Virus record (IMG/VR): IMGVR_UViG_3300005537_000027 | Span: 1 to 61,990 of that record | Reading direction: 5' to 3' (one strand) | From: a virus | Lineage: Duplodnaviria > Caudoviricetes | Length of the DNA: 61,990 nt | Part shown: piece by piece, positions 8,364 to 17,777 of the stretch | How positions within the stretch are numbered: position 1 is the first letter of the stretch | How the letters are laid out: each line of letters begins with the position of its first letter | The notes under the pieces: generated by a model | The model's input: only the letters and a program-made list of their open reading frames with translations | What the model was told of the DNA's origin: nothing | The model's database searches: none | Program-made: the position numbers and the translations under genes

Positions 8364-9839
8364 ATGCTCATTAAAACCCACGAGCTGAAGCCCGACGACC
8401 GCCTACCGCAGAACGACCAAGTCTACAACGGCCTGGACTGCATGGTAACTCTCGAGGTCTTCTATGCCCTGCAAACGCTCTTCAACCAAGAGCCCGAGGT
8501 CTATGGGTTCGAACGTGCACTCCAGGGACCTGCCCTGGAAATGTCCATGCGCGGCTTCCGCATTGACGAGACCGAGAGGCAAATCGGAGCCCAGGCCCTC
8601 CGCACCAAGCTCAAGCACCTTACGATGGTGCTCGATCGCTTGGCCTTTGCGGTCTGGGGGAAAGGACTGAACCCTCGCAGTCCCAAGCAGCTAATCGACT
8701 TCTTCTACGGGGAGATGAAGCTGCCGGAGCACTGGAGCAGCAAGAAGGGCATCCGCCGCCTCTCCACCGATCGGGAGACCTTGGAAAAGCTCTCCATCTA
8801 CTTCCACGCCCTCCCGATCATCAACACCATCCTCGCCATCCGGGACTACGCCAAGCAGCTGGAGGTGTTGGAAACCGAGATAGACGGGGACGGCCGCTTC
8901 CGAACCTCCTTCAACATCGCTGGAACTGAAACCTGGCGTTGGTCCTCCAGCGGGAGCAGCACCGGCACAGGCCGTAACATCCAGAACATTGCCCCCGAAC
9001 TCCGGAAAATGTTCGTAGCGGACCCGGGCTACGTCCTGGTCGGCATTGACCTGGAGCAGGCGGAAAGCCGCGAGGTTGGTTGGCTCTGCGGCACGATCTT
9101 TGGGGACTGGACATATCTGGACGCCTGCTATTCGGGGGACCTTCATGTCACGACCACCAAACTCATCTGGCCCGAACTCCCCTGGACCGGAGACCCCAAG
9201 CTCGATCGTGCGATTGCCGACGAGAAGTTCTACCGAGAGTTTTCTTACCGGGATCTGGCTAAGCGTGGTGGCCATGGTAGTAATTACATGGGCACTCCTT
9301 GGACCATGGCACGGCACCTCAAGGTCGTCCTCCGTATCATGGAGAACTTCCAGCGCGCGTACTTCGGCGCGTATCCTGCAATTCCCAAGTGGCACCAGTG
9401 GGTTGCAACCCAAATCCAAACCACCCACCAACTCACCACTCCCTGGGACGTCACCAGGACCTTCTTCGGTCGTCCCAATGACGACACGACCCTCCGCGAA
9501 GCTATTGCATTTTCCCCCCAGAGTTCAACCGCCATGCGAATGAACCTGGGGCTGTACAAGGTGTGGAAGCACTTCGGGAACGCGATCCAGCTCCTGGCCC
9601 AAGTCCATGATGCGATCTACTTCCAGGTCCCCGTCACCGCCGACCTCCCCGAGGTCTGCAAGACCACCCTGGGACTGATCGACATCCGGCACGAGTACCA
9701 GGGCCATCAGCTGATCGTCCCCGGCGAGTGCAAGACTGGGTACAACTGGGCCAGCTATGACCCAAAGACCAACCCAAATGGACTGAAAAAGGGTACTGCT
9801 CTGCGCCCCCGACTTGAGGGCCTTGATCGGGTGTTCTGA
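8364..9839 (+). CDS. DNA polymerase family A (ExoIII plus polymerase domain)
   Basis: YNGLD (ExoIII), LNPRSPKQL, GTETWRWSS, NIQNI, motif A DLEQAESR, motif B RDLAKRGGHGSNY, motif C QVHDAI. Confidence 0.95.
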   Translation: MLIKTHELKPDDRLPQNDQVYNGLDCMVTLEVFYALQTLFNQEPEVYGFERALQGPALEMSMRGFRIDETERQIGAQALRTKLKHLTMVLDRLAFAVWGKGLNPRSPKQLIDFFYGEMKLPEHWSSKKGIRRLSTDRETLEKLSIYFHALPIINTILAIRDYAKQLEVLETEIDGDGRFRTSFNIAGTETWRWSSSGSSTGTGRNIQNIAPELRKMFVADPGYVLVGIDLEQAESREVGWLCGTIFGDWTYLDACYSGDLHVTTTKLIWPELPWTGDPKLDRAIADEKFYREFSYRDLAKRGGHGSNYMGTPWTMARHLKVVLRIMENFQRAYFGAYPAIPKWHQWVATQIQTTHQLTTPWDVTRTFFGRPNDDTTLREAIAFSPQSSTAMRMNLGLYKVWKHFGNAIQLLAQVHDAIYFQVPVTADLPEVCKTTLGLIDIRHEYQGHQLIVPGECKTGYNWASYDPKTNPNGLKKGTALRPRLEGLDRVF

Positions 9840-9874
9840 CGCAACTGCGCTGCAACTGCGCTGGGAGGACCCGC

Positions 9875-11059
9875 ATGGGTGACTGGATTTCAGAGTGGAT
9901 GCACTCCACCGACAACCTACCAAGTCCCGAGGTCTTCCGCCTTTGGTGTGGGATCTCGGCCGTGGCGGGAGCGCTTGAGCATAGGGTACGAGCCCGTACT
10001 ACCCAAGGGGAGATCTTTCCGAACCTCTATTTGATGCTGGTGGCGCCTCCGGGCGTGGGGAAGTCCAAGGCGATGGAACCCCTGCGCCGCCTGTGGGTTG
10101 GCACAAAGCACGTCAAGGTCGCGCCCAACAGCGTCACCAAGGCCGCACTCCTCGACGTGCTGGAAGAGTCCCACTTCATCTCCCACATCAGCGAGACCGA
10201 GATTATCGAGTACAACGCGCTGAGTGTGGCGTCGAGCGAACTCGGGGTTCTCATCCCCTCGCATGATTTGGAGTTCCTGTCAGTCCTGACCGATATCTAT
10301 GACTGCCCAGATATCTTCGCGGAACGCCGGCGCACCAGCAAAAGCGTGGAGATCGTCCGGCCGCAACTCAACATCATCGCAGGCACTCAGCCCGGCTTCC
10401 TTTCCACCTGGATACCCGAAGAGGCCTGGACCCAGGGTTTCATGTCCAGGGTCATCATGGTGTACTCCGCAGTGAAGCCCCACATGGATCTCTTCGCCGA
10501 GGTCAAGGAGCGATCGCTCGACCATCTACTGGTCGGGCTCAAAGCCATGGTCGATGCTCATGGGATTGTGGAGTGGGAGCTGGAAACCCAGGACGAACTG
10601 GTGAGGTGGTACGAAGGGGGGCTGGAACCCATTCCTATCCACCCGAAGCTCACCAACTACTGCGTCCGGAGGCTCGTCAATCTCATCAAGCTCTGCATCA
10701 TCGCCTCGGTGAGTCGGGTCTCCGGAGTCGGCCCGTTCGTCATCACCCTGGAAGACCTCAACCGCGCCCGAACTTGGCTCCTCTCGGCCGAGATGACCAT
10801 GCCCATTATCTTCCAGGACATGAAGCGCAAGTCCGACGACGAACTCATCCGGGAACTCCACATCTACGCTATGGCAGAGTGGAACCGCACCAAGTCCCTG
10901 GTCCCCGGCTTCAAACTGGGGGCATTCCTCCAGGACAAAGCCCCGTCCATGGTCATCCCCCGCATCATCGAGCAAGCCACCCGCGCCCAATGGATCGTCC
11001 AGCAGCCCGGCACTGACCTTTACATGCCTCGGGCAATGGACCGGAGCTGGAGAGACTAA
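9875..11059 (+). CDS. DUF3987-like P-loop NTPase (putative replicative helicase-type protein)
   Basis: PNLYLMLVAPPGVGKS Walker A; SSELG; GFMSRVI; directly after the polymerase. Confidence 0.75.
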   Translation: MGDWISEWMHSTDNLPSPEVFRLWCGISAVAGALEHRVRARTTQGEIFPNLYLMLVAPPGVGKSKAMEPLRRLWVGTKHVKVAPNSVTKAALLDVLEESHFISHISETEIIEYNALSVASSELGVLIPSHDLEFLSVLTDIYDCPDIFAERRRTSKSVEIVRPQLNIIAGTQPGFLSTWIPEEAWTQGFMSRVIMVYSAVKPHMDLFAEVKERSLDHLLVGLKAMVDAHGIVEWELETQDELVRWYEGGLEPIPIHPKLTNYCVRRLVNLIKLCIIASVSRVSGVGPFVITLEDLNRARTWLLSAEMTMPIIFQDMKRKSDDELIRELHIYAMAEWNRTKSLVPGFKLGAFLQDKAPSMVIPRIIEQATRAQWIVQQPGTDLYMPRAMDRSWRD

Positions 11060-11091
11060 AAGGGGGCAGAGCGTTTGATGGCTCTGCCCCC
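11058..11091. terminator. hairpin terminator between the convergent replication and lysis blocks
   Basis: AAAA-GGGGGCAGAGC-gtttgatg-GCTCTGCCCCC, an 11-bp stem. Confidence 0.75.
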
Positions 11092-11132
11092 AGGTGTTTG
11101 TGGGCTTATGATTGTGGTAGGTGGCCCCAGTG

Positions 11133-11444
11133 TTACGCCGCAGGCGCAACCGGTGGAACCGGGGTGTTGGCCGTCACCGCTGCCTGCAGAGCCGCCGTCT
11201 GCTGAGTGATCGCATCGATCGCCGCCTGGAGTGCGGTCGGATCAGGAGCCGCCTCAGCCGCCTTCACCGCCGCCGTCAGCGTCCCCAACAGCGTAATTGC
11301 CTCCTGCTGCACCGTTGCCGCAGCCGCCACCGCATTCGCCACGTCCTGAACTGTCGCCATGATCTGCTTCTCCGTCGATAAAATCTCTTCCAGTAGCTCA
11401 ATCACCCGATCAAGCCGATGAGCTTCACCCAAGATCAGTTCCAC
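11133..11444 (-). CDS. hypothetical Ala-rich helical protein
   Basis: RBS AGGAGG; last gene of the lysis block. Confidence 0.65.
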   Translation of the reverse strand: MELILGEAHRLDRVIELLEEILSTEKQIMATVQDVANAVAAAATVQQEAITLLGTLTAAVKAAEAAPDPTALQAAIDAITQQTAALQAAVTANTPVPPVAPAA

Positions 11445-11455
11445 ATCCGCACCTC

Positions 11456-11800
11456 CTACATAGGCACATTGAACACCGGCAAGTGCAGCGCACCCATCAA
11501 CTTCAAGTGCACCCCATTCGCCAGCACCAGCACCAGCACCGACCCCACGCCGCCTGCCAGGACCCCGATAACGCTGCTCCAGATTTTCGCCTGGACTTCA
11601 ATCATCGAGATGCGGATCTTCATCTCGTTGATTGCCTCCCTAGTCTCCAGCGACATGCTGTTTGTCTTCTCCCTCGCGGCGTCGTTGTATTTGTCAATAC
11701 GCACGCTCAACTCCTTGATGCTCATATCCAAAGAGGCGAGTTGAGCACTGATGAGTCTTCGGCTTTCCAGCCAGCTTGTTACTTCTTCCATTTCAGCCAT
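11456..11800 (-). CDS. coiled-coil protein with C-terminal TM helix (lysis-associated)
   Basis: Heptad pattern followed by hydrophobic IWSSVIGVLAGGVGSVLVLVLA. Confidence 0.65.
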   Translation of the reverse strand: MAEMEEVTSWLESRRLISAQLASLDMSIKELSVRIDKYNDAAREKTNSMSLETREAINEMKIRISMIEVQAKIWSSVIGVLAGGVGSVLVLVLANGVHLKLMGALHLPVFNVPM

Positions 11801-11819
11801 TGCCCGCTCCCTCGGATAA

Positions 11820-12245
11820 TCAGTGTCCTTTCGTAGTCCCCTGAACCTTATCGTATGATCGCATTGCTCCTAGTCCCAGCAACCCAAGCAATACCGTGGT
11901 GAGTTGACTGGTATCCAGTGTCGGCAGCTGCGGCACCGTCCCCCCAAGGTTCACCACAACCAAGTTCGCAATCCACCCAAGGAAGGGCTGGAAAACAAAC
12001 TGGTATGCGAAAGCACCCCCACAGCACCACCCAACGAAGGGCCGCCACCCAGCCACAAACACGCTGTTGCTTGCAGCCTCCACCTTATTGATGTCGGTCT
12101 GCGCCGCCGCCGCTTGCACCATCGCATCGAGTTGCGCTTGGGCTGCCGCCGCCTGGGCCTTGGCCTTCTCCACTGGATCGGGGATGTAGTCCAGAACCTT
12201 TTCCACAACGGGAGCAATCATTGGGATCAACGCTAGAATGCCCAT
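11820..12245 (-). CDS. holin (3TM / GTA-holin type)
   Basis: IPDP.EKAKA, INKVEAASNSVFVAGWRPFVGW, LLGLLGLGAMRSYDK. Confidence 0.85.
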   Translation of the reverse strand: MGILALIPMIAPVVEKVLDYIPDPVEKAKAQAAAAQAQLDAMVQAAAAQTDINKVEAASNSVFVAGWRPFVGWCCGGAFAYQFVFQPFLGWIANLVVVNLGGTVPQLPTLDTSQLTTVLLGLLGLGAMRSYDKVQGTTKGH

Positions 12246-12246
12246 C

Positions 12247-12681
12247 TCACGCTCCATACGCCATGGCAATGGCTGAATTCACAAGTTCGTCCGAGTACCA
12301 CTCCGTCCGTCCGTACTTGGTCGGATCACCGTTCTCGAACCGGACGATAGCGTCCACAAACGGCTTGACCGTGGAGCTGTCCAGGGTGATCTCCACATCA
12401 GGCCCCACCCCAAGCGCCTTGCAGATAAACCCTACGTACTCGTCCGTTGGGTTGTCGTCACTGGGAGGTGCCCAGCGTCCAATGAGGGCGCTGACGGAGT
12501 GGAGGTGGTAGCGGGTGTAGTAGGTGTTGAGAATGCGGACAATCGCCCGCAGGCCGTACACCGGATCGCTGAACACCAGATATCCGTTCTGGCCTCCATC
12601 GTCGCCAGTGGCTCCCTGCCACGGTGCTCCCGGTCGGATATTCCCTGGGTTATCGTTTCGTATTCCACGAGGTAGATCCAT
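12247..12681 (-). CDS. putative endolysin (lysozyme-like, NNPGNIR family)
   Basis: RGIRNDNPGNIR...GLRA...IGRWAPPSDDN..Y...AIVRFENG; adjacent to the holin. Confidence 0.8.
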   Translation of the reverse strand: MDLPRGIRNDNPGNIRPGAPWQGATGDDGGQNGYLVFSDPVYGLRAIVRILNTYYTRYHLHSVSALIGRWAPPSDDNPTDEYVGFICKALGVGPDVEITLDSSTVKPFVDAIVRFENGDPTKYGRTEWYSDELVNSAIAMAYGA

Positions 12682-12714
12682 AGCAACTCTCCCAAACCGC
12701 CGTAAAATTACGGA

Positions 12715-12743
12715 TTGACATTTGAGTCCAATTGTGCGATCAT
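12715..12743 (+). promoter_or_regulatory. possible sigma70 promoter
   Basis: TTGACA-17 nt-GATCAT upstream of the lone + strand membrane ORF; the -10 box is weak. Confidence 0.4.
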
Positions 12744-12780
12744 CATTCCCCGAGTTCAACTCTTCCCAGGTCCCCCCACC

Positions 12781-13053
12781 ATGAGTCTCGCCCTGCCCAT
12801 CGTCCTTGTCGTTGTGTTTGGAGCATGGGGCTGCCATTGCCTCGGCACCCTCATCCGCTTCGTGGCCTTTATGGCTGCGCTGCTACTCGTAATCGCGGGG
12901 CTTTGGATAGCTCCGCTTTCCGATGATGCCAAAGACCTTTTGCTCCTCGGCACCATCGGCCTTTACCTTATGGTTGGAAAGTGCTACGAACTTTCGGCTC
13001 GTCGTAAAGTTCAGCAGCGGCTCCAGGAGCTACCGCACCGAGGGCATCGATAG
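12781..13053 (+). CDS. small multi-pass membrane protein, oriented against the late operon
   Basis: Three hydrophobic stretches; fills the gap between the endolysin and ejection genes. Confidence 0.55.
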   Translation: MSLALPIVLVVVFGAWGCHCLGTLIRFVAFMAALLLVIAGLWIAPLSDDAKDLLLLGTIGLYLMVGKCYELSARRKVQQRLQELPHRGHR

Positions 13054-14653
13054 CATTGCCCCGGCCCAAGGACTTTTGAATAAGCTGGTTCGCCACCCAG
13101 GGGCTGCTTTGCAGCTCCCGCCGGACCACGTTCCCCACGCTTTGTGCCGTCTGCACACCCAGCGACGTCAGTATCGCCTCATGGGGATCGCTGTGGGCCA
13201 GGAAGTCCAACCCACCAGCCACCAACGGCGGCCGTATGTGATCCATCAGGGAGGAGGACTTCATCCCCCCGCTGGCGTTGGGCGCAGGCAAATACCGCCC
13301 GATCTGCGCCAAATCGCTGAGATCCCCATAGTTCCTGCCGGGCTTGAGCGCCGCTTGCAACCCCTGTGGGTTGATGACTCCGGTCGGACCAGCCGCCACC
13401 GCAGGCTTCTGCAACGCAAGTCCCGCTTGGTACTGCTGCCGGAGTTGCGACCACTTCCCAGCGTCCGCACCCGCATTCGCTTCGAACTGCTCCCGCAACG
13501 CATCAAGGATCTGGGACGAGACATACGACGTGCCGGAGACCTTACTCCGTGCGTCCTTCGCCAGGGCCGATCGGGAGTCTGCCAGGGCCTGCAGCGTGGG
13601 ACCGTCGATCTCCCCAGTGGCGGGGTCGATTGCTCCGTTGATCCGCTGGAAGAGAGACTTGATGCGAGACCGCTCAGCGGTGTCCGTCGTCGAAACCACC
13701 TTCCCACCCGGCCCGAGCGTGACGCTGGGCTGGAAGTCATTCATCGCATCGGAGTAAATCCCTCCGAGTTTCTGCACAAACGGTGGATCGGCCACGAGGC
13801 TATGCTGCCCCATGAGCGTGTCCATGTCCTGCCCCACCCGATTGAGATGAGCGCTGACCGTATCAGGGGTAATAACGTTGTCCTTCATCCCCACCGCGTC
13901 AGTCACCTTCTTGGTGAAGTCCTTGATCTGTTCCACACTCCCGCCTGTCGCACCCTCGGTGGATAGTTGCGAGGGCAAGAGTTGGATGCCGAACTTGTTC
14001 TTGGCGTACTGGGCCATGTTCGCGACAGCCGGGTCAACCACAGGCAACAGGTAGTTGCTCAGTGCCCCTGCGCCAGCGCCCACCGCACCACCAAGCCCAG
14101 CCCCCATCGCGGCCTGCTTCCACACGGGCTCGTCCGAGGTGGAGGAGGTCAACGCCGCAGCGCCGGCACCCTGGATTGCACCCGTTACACCAGCTCCCAA
14201 CACGCCTGAACCGACCTTGGGAACTGCCCCAAGAAACGGCGCTGTTGCCAGTACCTGCCCGCCAAACCGACCCCACTGCCCGGAGTCACTCTTCCCCTCA
14301 GGCGAGACTTCGAACGCCGCGGTCGCAGCTTTGTCCCGAGCCACCTGGGGAGTGGGGTCCAGACCGTCGGCAACGTCCAGGGCCTTGAGCGCAGGCACCT
14401 TATTGTCCACCCAGTCGGAGAACTTCGTGAGCGTGTTGCCGACGTCCCTGATGCCCTGCTTGCCACCAGCCCACAGAGACCCCAGCATGGTTGGTGCCGC
14501 CGCTTGCGCAGGTGCCCCCATCGGAGCGGGGATCGAGGGAGCAAACACCTTGGACTCAAACGGATCAGGCACAGGTGCAGGCGTAGCGGCAGCGGAAGAG
14601 GTATCCCCTCCGTTCCCACTTCCAAACACCCTGTCCTCGAAAGCATCAGCCAT
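12968..14653 (-). CDS. internal virion / DNA ejection protein
   Basis: Gly/Ala-rich 561 aa; third gene of a P22 gp7-gp20-gp16-like trio by position. Confidence 0.65.
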   Translation of the reverse strand: MADAFEDRVFGSGNGGDTSSAAATPAPVPDPFESKVFAPSIPAPMGAPAQAAAPTMLGSLWAGGKQGIRDVGNTLTKFSDWVDNKVPALKALDVADGLDPTPQVARDKAATAAFEVSPEGKSDSGQWGRFGGQVLATAPFLGAVPKVGSGVLGAGVTGAIQGAGAAALTSSTSDEPVWKQAAMGAGLGGAVGAGAGALSNYLLPVVDPAVANMAQYAKNKFGIQLLPSQLSTEGATGGSVEQIKDFTKKVTDAVGMKDNVITPDTVSAHLNRVGQDMDTLMGQHSLVADPPFVQKLGGIYSDAMNDFQPSVTLGPGGKVVSTTDTAERSRIKSLFQRINGAIDPATGEIDGPTLQALADSRSALAKDARSKVSGTSYVSSQILDALREQFEANAGADAGKWSQLRQQYQAGLALQKPAVAAGPTGVINPQGLQAALKPGRNYGDLSDLAQIGRYLPAPNASGGMKSSSLMDHIRPPLVAGGLDFLAHSDPHEAILTSLGVQTAQSVGNVVRRELQSSPWVANQLIQKSLGRGNAIDALGAVAPGAAAELYDEPKVRSTFQP

Positions 14654-14658
14654 TGCCG

Positions 14659-16620
14659 TTACTCCCCAATCACGCCGGTAGTGACCCCCAGCTCATGACT
14701 GGCCTGGAACTGACTCTTCTGCGTCGGGGAGAGCCCCTTGTAGTACTCATGCGCGTTCTTGTTGTCCAAGTCAGTCGCGAACGCATGAGGATCGACCTTG
14801 GGAGCATGTTGCGCCATCCAAGCGTTGTACTGCGCCCCAGCCGTGTTCTGATCCGGGTTCTCCCGCATAAACTGCTGCGTGAGCGCCTGGTTCATTCTCG
14901 CCATCGCGATCTGCGCCCCGAGCACAGTCTTTGCCGCCGCCGGGCTGATATCCACAGTCGGATTGGCCGCTTCGCGAGTGTTCAACTCCTCCACGCTCTT
15001 GTTCTTGTTCTGGATGATGAGGCCCTGGAGGTACTTGTTCGCCTCTTCACGATTGGTGATCTGGGGCTCGGTCATGATAAAGGGGATCAGGTCCGCAATC
15101 ATCGGAGGCGTCAGGCTGCGGATAACTGCCGAAGCCCGATAGAGGGGCTCAGACCCACGGCCGGTACTGGGGGTGTCGCTGGAGAGGGCCTTGTAAGCCT
15201 GCTCCATCGGGAAGACATTCTGCTTGTAAGTGCGCGTGTCCTGGAGCGCACTGTTGTACGCAGTGGTGGACGCGTTGATGGCCTGCTCAGCGCCAGGAGG
15301 CAGACCAATGACCTGCGAGTTCCCACCGGGCCTGACCGCTGCAGCCGGGGCCGCTGGCGCCGCTTGTGCAACCGGAGCCCCACCTTGCGCCGCCGGAGGC
15401 GCTCCCGGCGAACCCTGCCATGCGCTGAAGTCCAGCGGCTTCCCCTGCCATCCCGGTGCCAAGCGGCCGTTCAAATTCGACTGGATCTTGGTCAACAACT
15501 GCGCCCCGGTCACGCCCTGGAGCCCGTTGGCCTTAACCGCCTCGCTGCTCAAGAACTCGCTCACCGGCAAGTTGGGGTTCCTAAGAATGCTCTCCGCCCC
15601 CGTCGGACCCGCGAGGTGGGCAAGCGAGACCACGTCTGCAGTGGGCCGAAATCCCGCCTGCGCCAGCGTCGCAGCGTTCTTCGAGGCGTAGTCCTGAGCC
15701 ACCTCGGAAGACCACTTCGGATCGTAGCGCAGACTGGCGATCTGCGTATCACTCATCCCCTGGACATTGGTGGGGTAGTCCTTTTTCATCCTATCGACAA
15801 AAGTCGACTCGTTGAACTGATGCACACCAGCGGCGGTGGAGTTGGGGTTCTTGGCGTGGGCCTGCATCCCACTCTCAATATCCCCCTGAGCGTTGGCCCA
15901 GTCCTTGCTGGAGACCGTGTTCGGAGTGGCCGTGGGTGCGGTGCCTGCCCCTCCGGGAGCTTCCGTGGTCATGCCCGGAGGCGGTGCGCCGTTGCCCGTG
16001 TAAACCATCCCAGGCGACCCAACCAGCGTCGAGGGCACACCGGGCTGTTGTGCCAACGGCAGAGTGGTAGGAGCACCCACCGAGTTCGGGGCACCAGGAC
16101 CACGCTGGAGTTGGGCCTCCGGCGAGGCCTGGTTGGGAACATAACTGGAGGGACCGGAAAGCAGCTGCCCACTCAGCGGATCGCGAGTCGCACCGTAAAG
16201 CTGATTTGCTCCGGTGTTGATATCAACGGCCTGAGGCGTCCCATACTTCGCCCGAGTGTTGGGGTCCATCATAGCCGCATTGGTCATGGCCTTGACGCCA
16301 TTCCAAGCCTTGGCATCCTTCGTGGCATCCCCGGTGGGCTGCGGCAGGTTTCCAGCCATGGCCAAGGCCATGCGGTTGGTGACAGGATCGCCCAGCAATC
16401 CCGCCGCCTGCGTCAAAGCCGCTCGCGCATCATCCGGCGTCGAGTCCGACTTCATAATCGTCGAAGCCAGCGCGTTCCGGAGGAAGTTCGCCTTGTCCTG
16501 CTGCATTTGCAGGTTGGTCGCAGCGATGGATGCCTGCCCCCGCTGGATCTCAGTCGCCTCAAGCGCCTGCTTCATCACATCGGGGATATACTGAGGAGCA
16601 AGAGGGAGACTCACCGACAT
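14659..16620 (-). CDS. internal virion protein with lytic transglycosylase-like domain
   Basis: IESG..AKNPNSTAAGVHQF.ESTF...LAHLAGPTGA (SLT/lysozyme-like motifs). Confidence 0.75.
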   Translation of the reverse strand: MSVSLPLAPQYIPDVMKQALEATEIQRGQASIAATNLQMQQDKANFLRNALASTIMKSDSTPDDARAALTQAAGLLGDPVTNRMALAMAGNLPQPTGDATKDAKAWNGVKAMTNAAMMDPNTRAKYGTPQAVDINTGANQLYGATRDPLSGQLLSGPSSYVPNQASPEAQLQRGPGAPNSVGAPTTLPLAQQPGVPSTLVGSPGMVYTGNGAPPPGMTTEAPGGAGTAPTATPNTVSSKDWANAQGDIESGMQAHAKNPNSTAAGVHQFNESTFVDRMKKDYPTNVQGMSDTQIASLRYDPKWSSEVAQDYASKNAATLAQAGFRPTADVVSLAHLAGPTGAESILRNPNLPVSEFLSSEAVKANGLQGVTGAQLLTKIQSNLNGRLAPGWQGKPLDFSAWQGSPGAPPAAQGGAPVAQAAPAAPAAAVRPGGNSQVIGLPPGAEQAINASTTAYNSALQDTRTYKQNVFPMEQAYKALSSDTPSTGRGSEPLYRASAVIRSLTPPMIADLIPFIMTEPQITNREEANKYLQGLIIQNKNKSVEELNTREAANPTVDISPAAAKTVLGAQIAMARMNQALTQQFMRENPDQNTAGAQYNAWMAQHAPKVDPHAFATDLDNKNAHEYYKGLSPTQKSQFQASHELGVTTGVIGE

Positions 16621-16632
16621 ATCAAATCTCCA

Positions 16633-17424
16633 TTAATACGGGTTAGCACCCATGCCAATTCCAGCCAAAGCGTCGATCGCGGAGCCACCACTGGAAGGCG
16701 CGGTGGCCGGACCGAAGAGTGCGTTGTAACCGGAGCTAATCGCGTTGCCGAGGAACCCGCCGCCGGAGAGCGAGCTACCCGCCCCATTCGGGCTCATAGC
16801 CGCGCCCATCAGCCCCGCCGCTCCCGTAACGCCACCTGCGAAGGAGTTTGCTCCCATCGCATTATACGCACCGCTCAGCCCCGCGCCCTGCATACCCCAG
16901 CCGCCCATCGTGGACCCTGCGCCGACTTCCTGGTTGCCCTGCTGCAGCGCGCCCTGGAGTCCCGTCGTGGCCATACCGGTGAGCATGTTGTAGCCCTGGA
17001 GGTTCTGGGCCATGTAGTTCTGGAGCTGCTGGTTGTAGGTCTGGTCAGCAAGCCCAGTGGCGTACTGGTCCCCGGCCTGGATCGCCGCACCGCTCACCCC
17101 CAGTCCCCTGGCCGTCTGGCTATTCTGCGTGGCCTTGAGACCCTGGTTGAGAGTGAACTGGTAGCCGGGTGTCTGGGTCAAGTCCCCCGGTGTGAAGGGC
17201 TTGATGTAACTCTGGAGGTTCTGGGCGAGCGGCGCCAGAGCCTTGTTGAAGGTGCCGATATACGGGTTGGTGTTCGAGTTCGCTAGGTCGAGTTGGCTCT
17301 GCAGCTCCTTCGTCCAAGTCCCGACCGCGTTGTTGGCGATGCCCTGCGAACCGCTAGAGCCTCCGCCCGCAAGCGCTCCGCCAACGATGCTGCCAACAGC
17401 GCCGATTGCTGCACCCCAGGGCAT
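16633..17424 (-). CDS. DNA transfer/pilot protein (P22 gp7-like)
   Basis: Gly/Ala N-terminus; TPGYQFTLNQGL.A.QNS..ARG..SGA motif. Confidence 0.8.
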   Translation of the reverse strand: MPWGAAIGAVGSIVGGALAGGGSSGSQGIANNAVGTWTKELQSQLDLANSNTNPYIGTFNKALAPLAQNLQSYIKPFTPGDLTQTPGYQFTLNQGLKATQNSQTARGLGVSGAAIQAGDQYATGLADQTYNQQLQNYMAQNLQGYNMLTGMATTGLQGALQQGNQEVGAGSTMGGWGMQGAGLSGAYNAMGANSFAGGVTGAAGLMGAAMSPNGAGSSLSGGGFLGNAISSGYNALFGPATAPSSGGSAIDALAGIGMGANPY

Positions 17425-17777
17425 CACACGTCTCCTATGATCTGGTGTTCTTCCAGGACCTCAACGACAGGCCCGTGAGTCAGGTTATGGATGCAATAAA
17501 GCACAGTGTTGTCTTCGAGGGTCTTGAACAGGTGCTTGGTGCCTTTGGCGATGAGCACCGGGTGCGGGGCTGCGAACGTTCCGATGGACTCTCCATCCAC
17601 CCAGATCTCGACACTCCCAGCCGCTACCAGCGTGGTGTGGTCGTACTTATGGGAGTGCTGCGGTAGCAACGTCCCAGCGTACTTGACCGACATCTGCTTG
17701 ATGAAGACCTCATCAGCAGTCCGGAAGTCCACCTCAACCGTGGCGTCAGAGGGAAGTTTCACGTACTCTATCATCAT
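17424..17777 (-). CDS. cupin-domain protein
   Basis: PQHSHKYDHTTLVAAGSV...I.KGTKHLF...YCIH. Confidence 0.8.
   Translation of the reverse strand: MMIEYVKLPSDATVEVDFRTADEVFIKQMSVKYAGTLLPQHSHKYDHTTLVAAGSVEIWVDGESIGTFAAPHPVLIAKGTKHLFKTLEDNTVLYCIHNLTHGPVVEVLEEHQIIGDV

Noticed and set aside
11748-11770. Second CTGATGA hammerhead-like core
   Set aside because: No GAAA after the short stem, no stems I or III, and it lies antisense inside a CDS.
14653-17286. Long antisense ORFs (877 aa here; also 18423..20327, 24522..26357, 28655..30403, 45458..47836, 60660..61928)
   Set aside because: Shadows of GC3-biased genes on the opposite strand; Arg/Gly-rich with no motifs.
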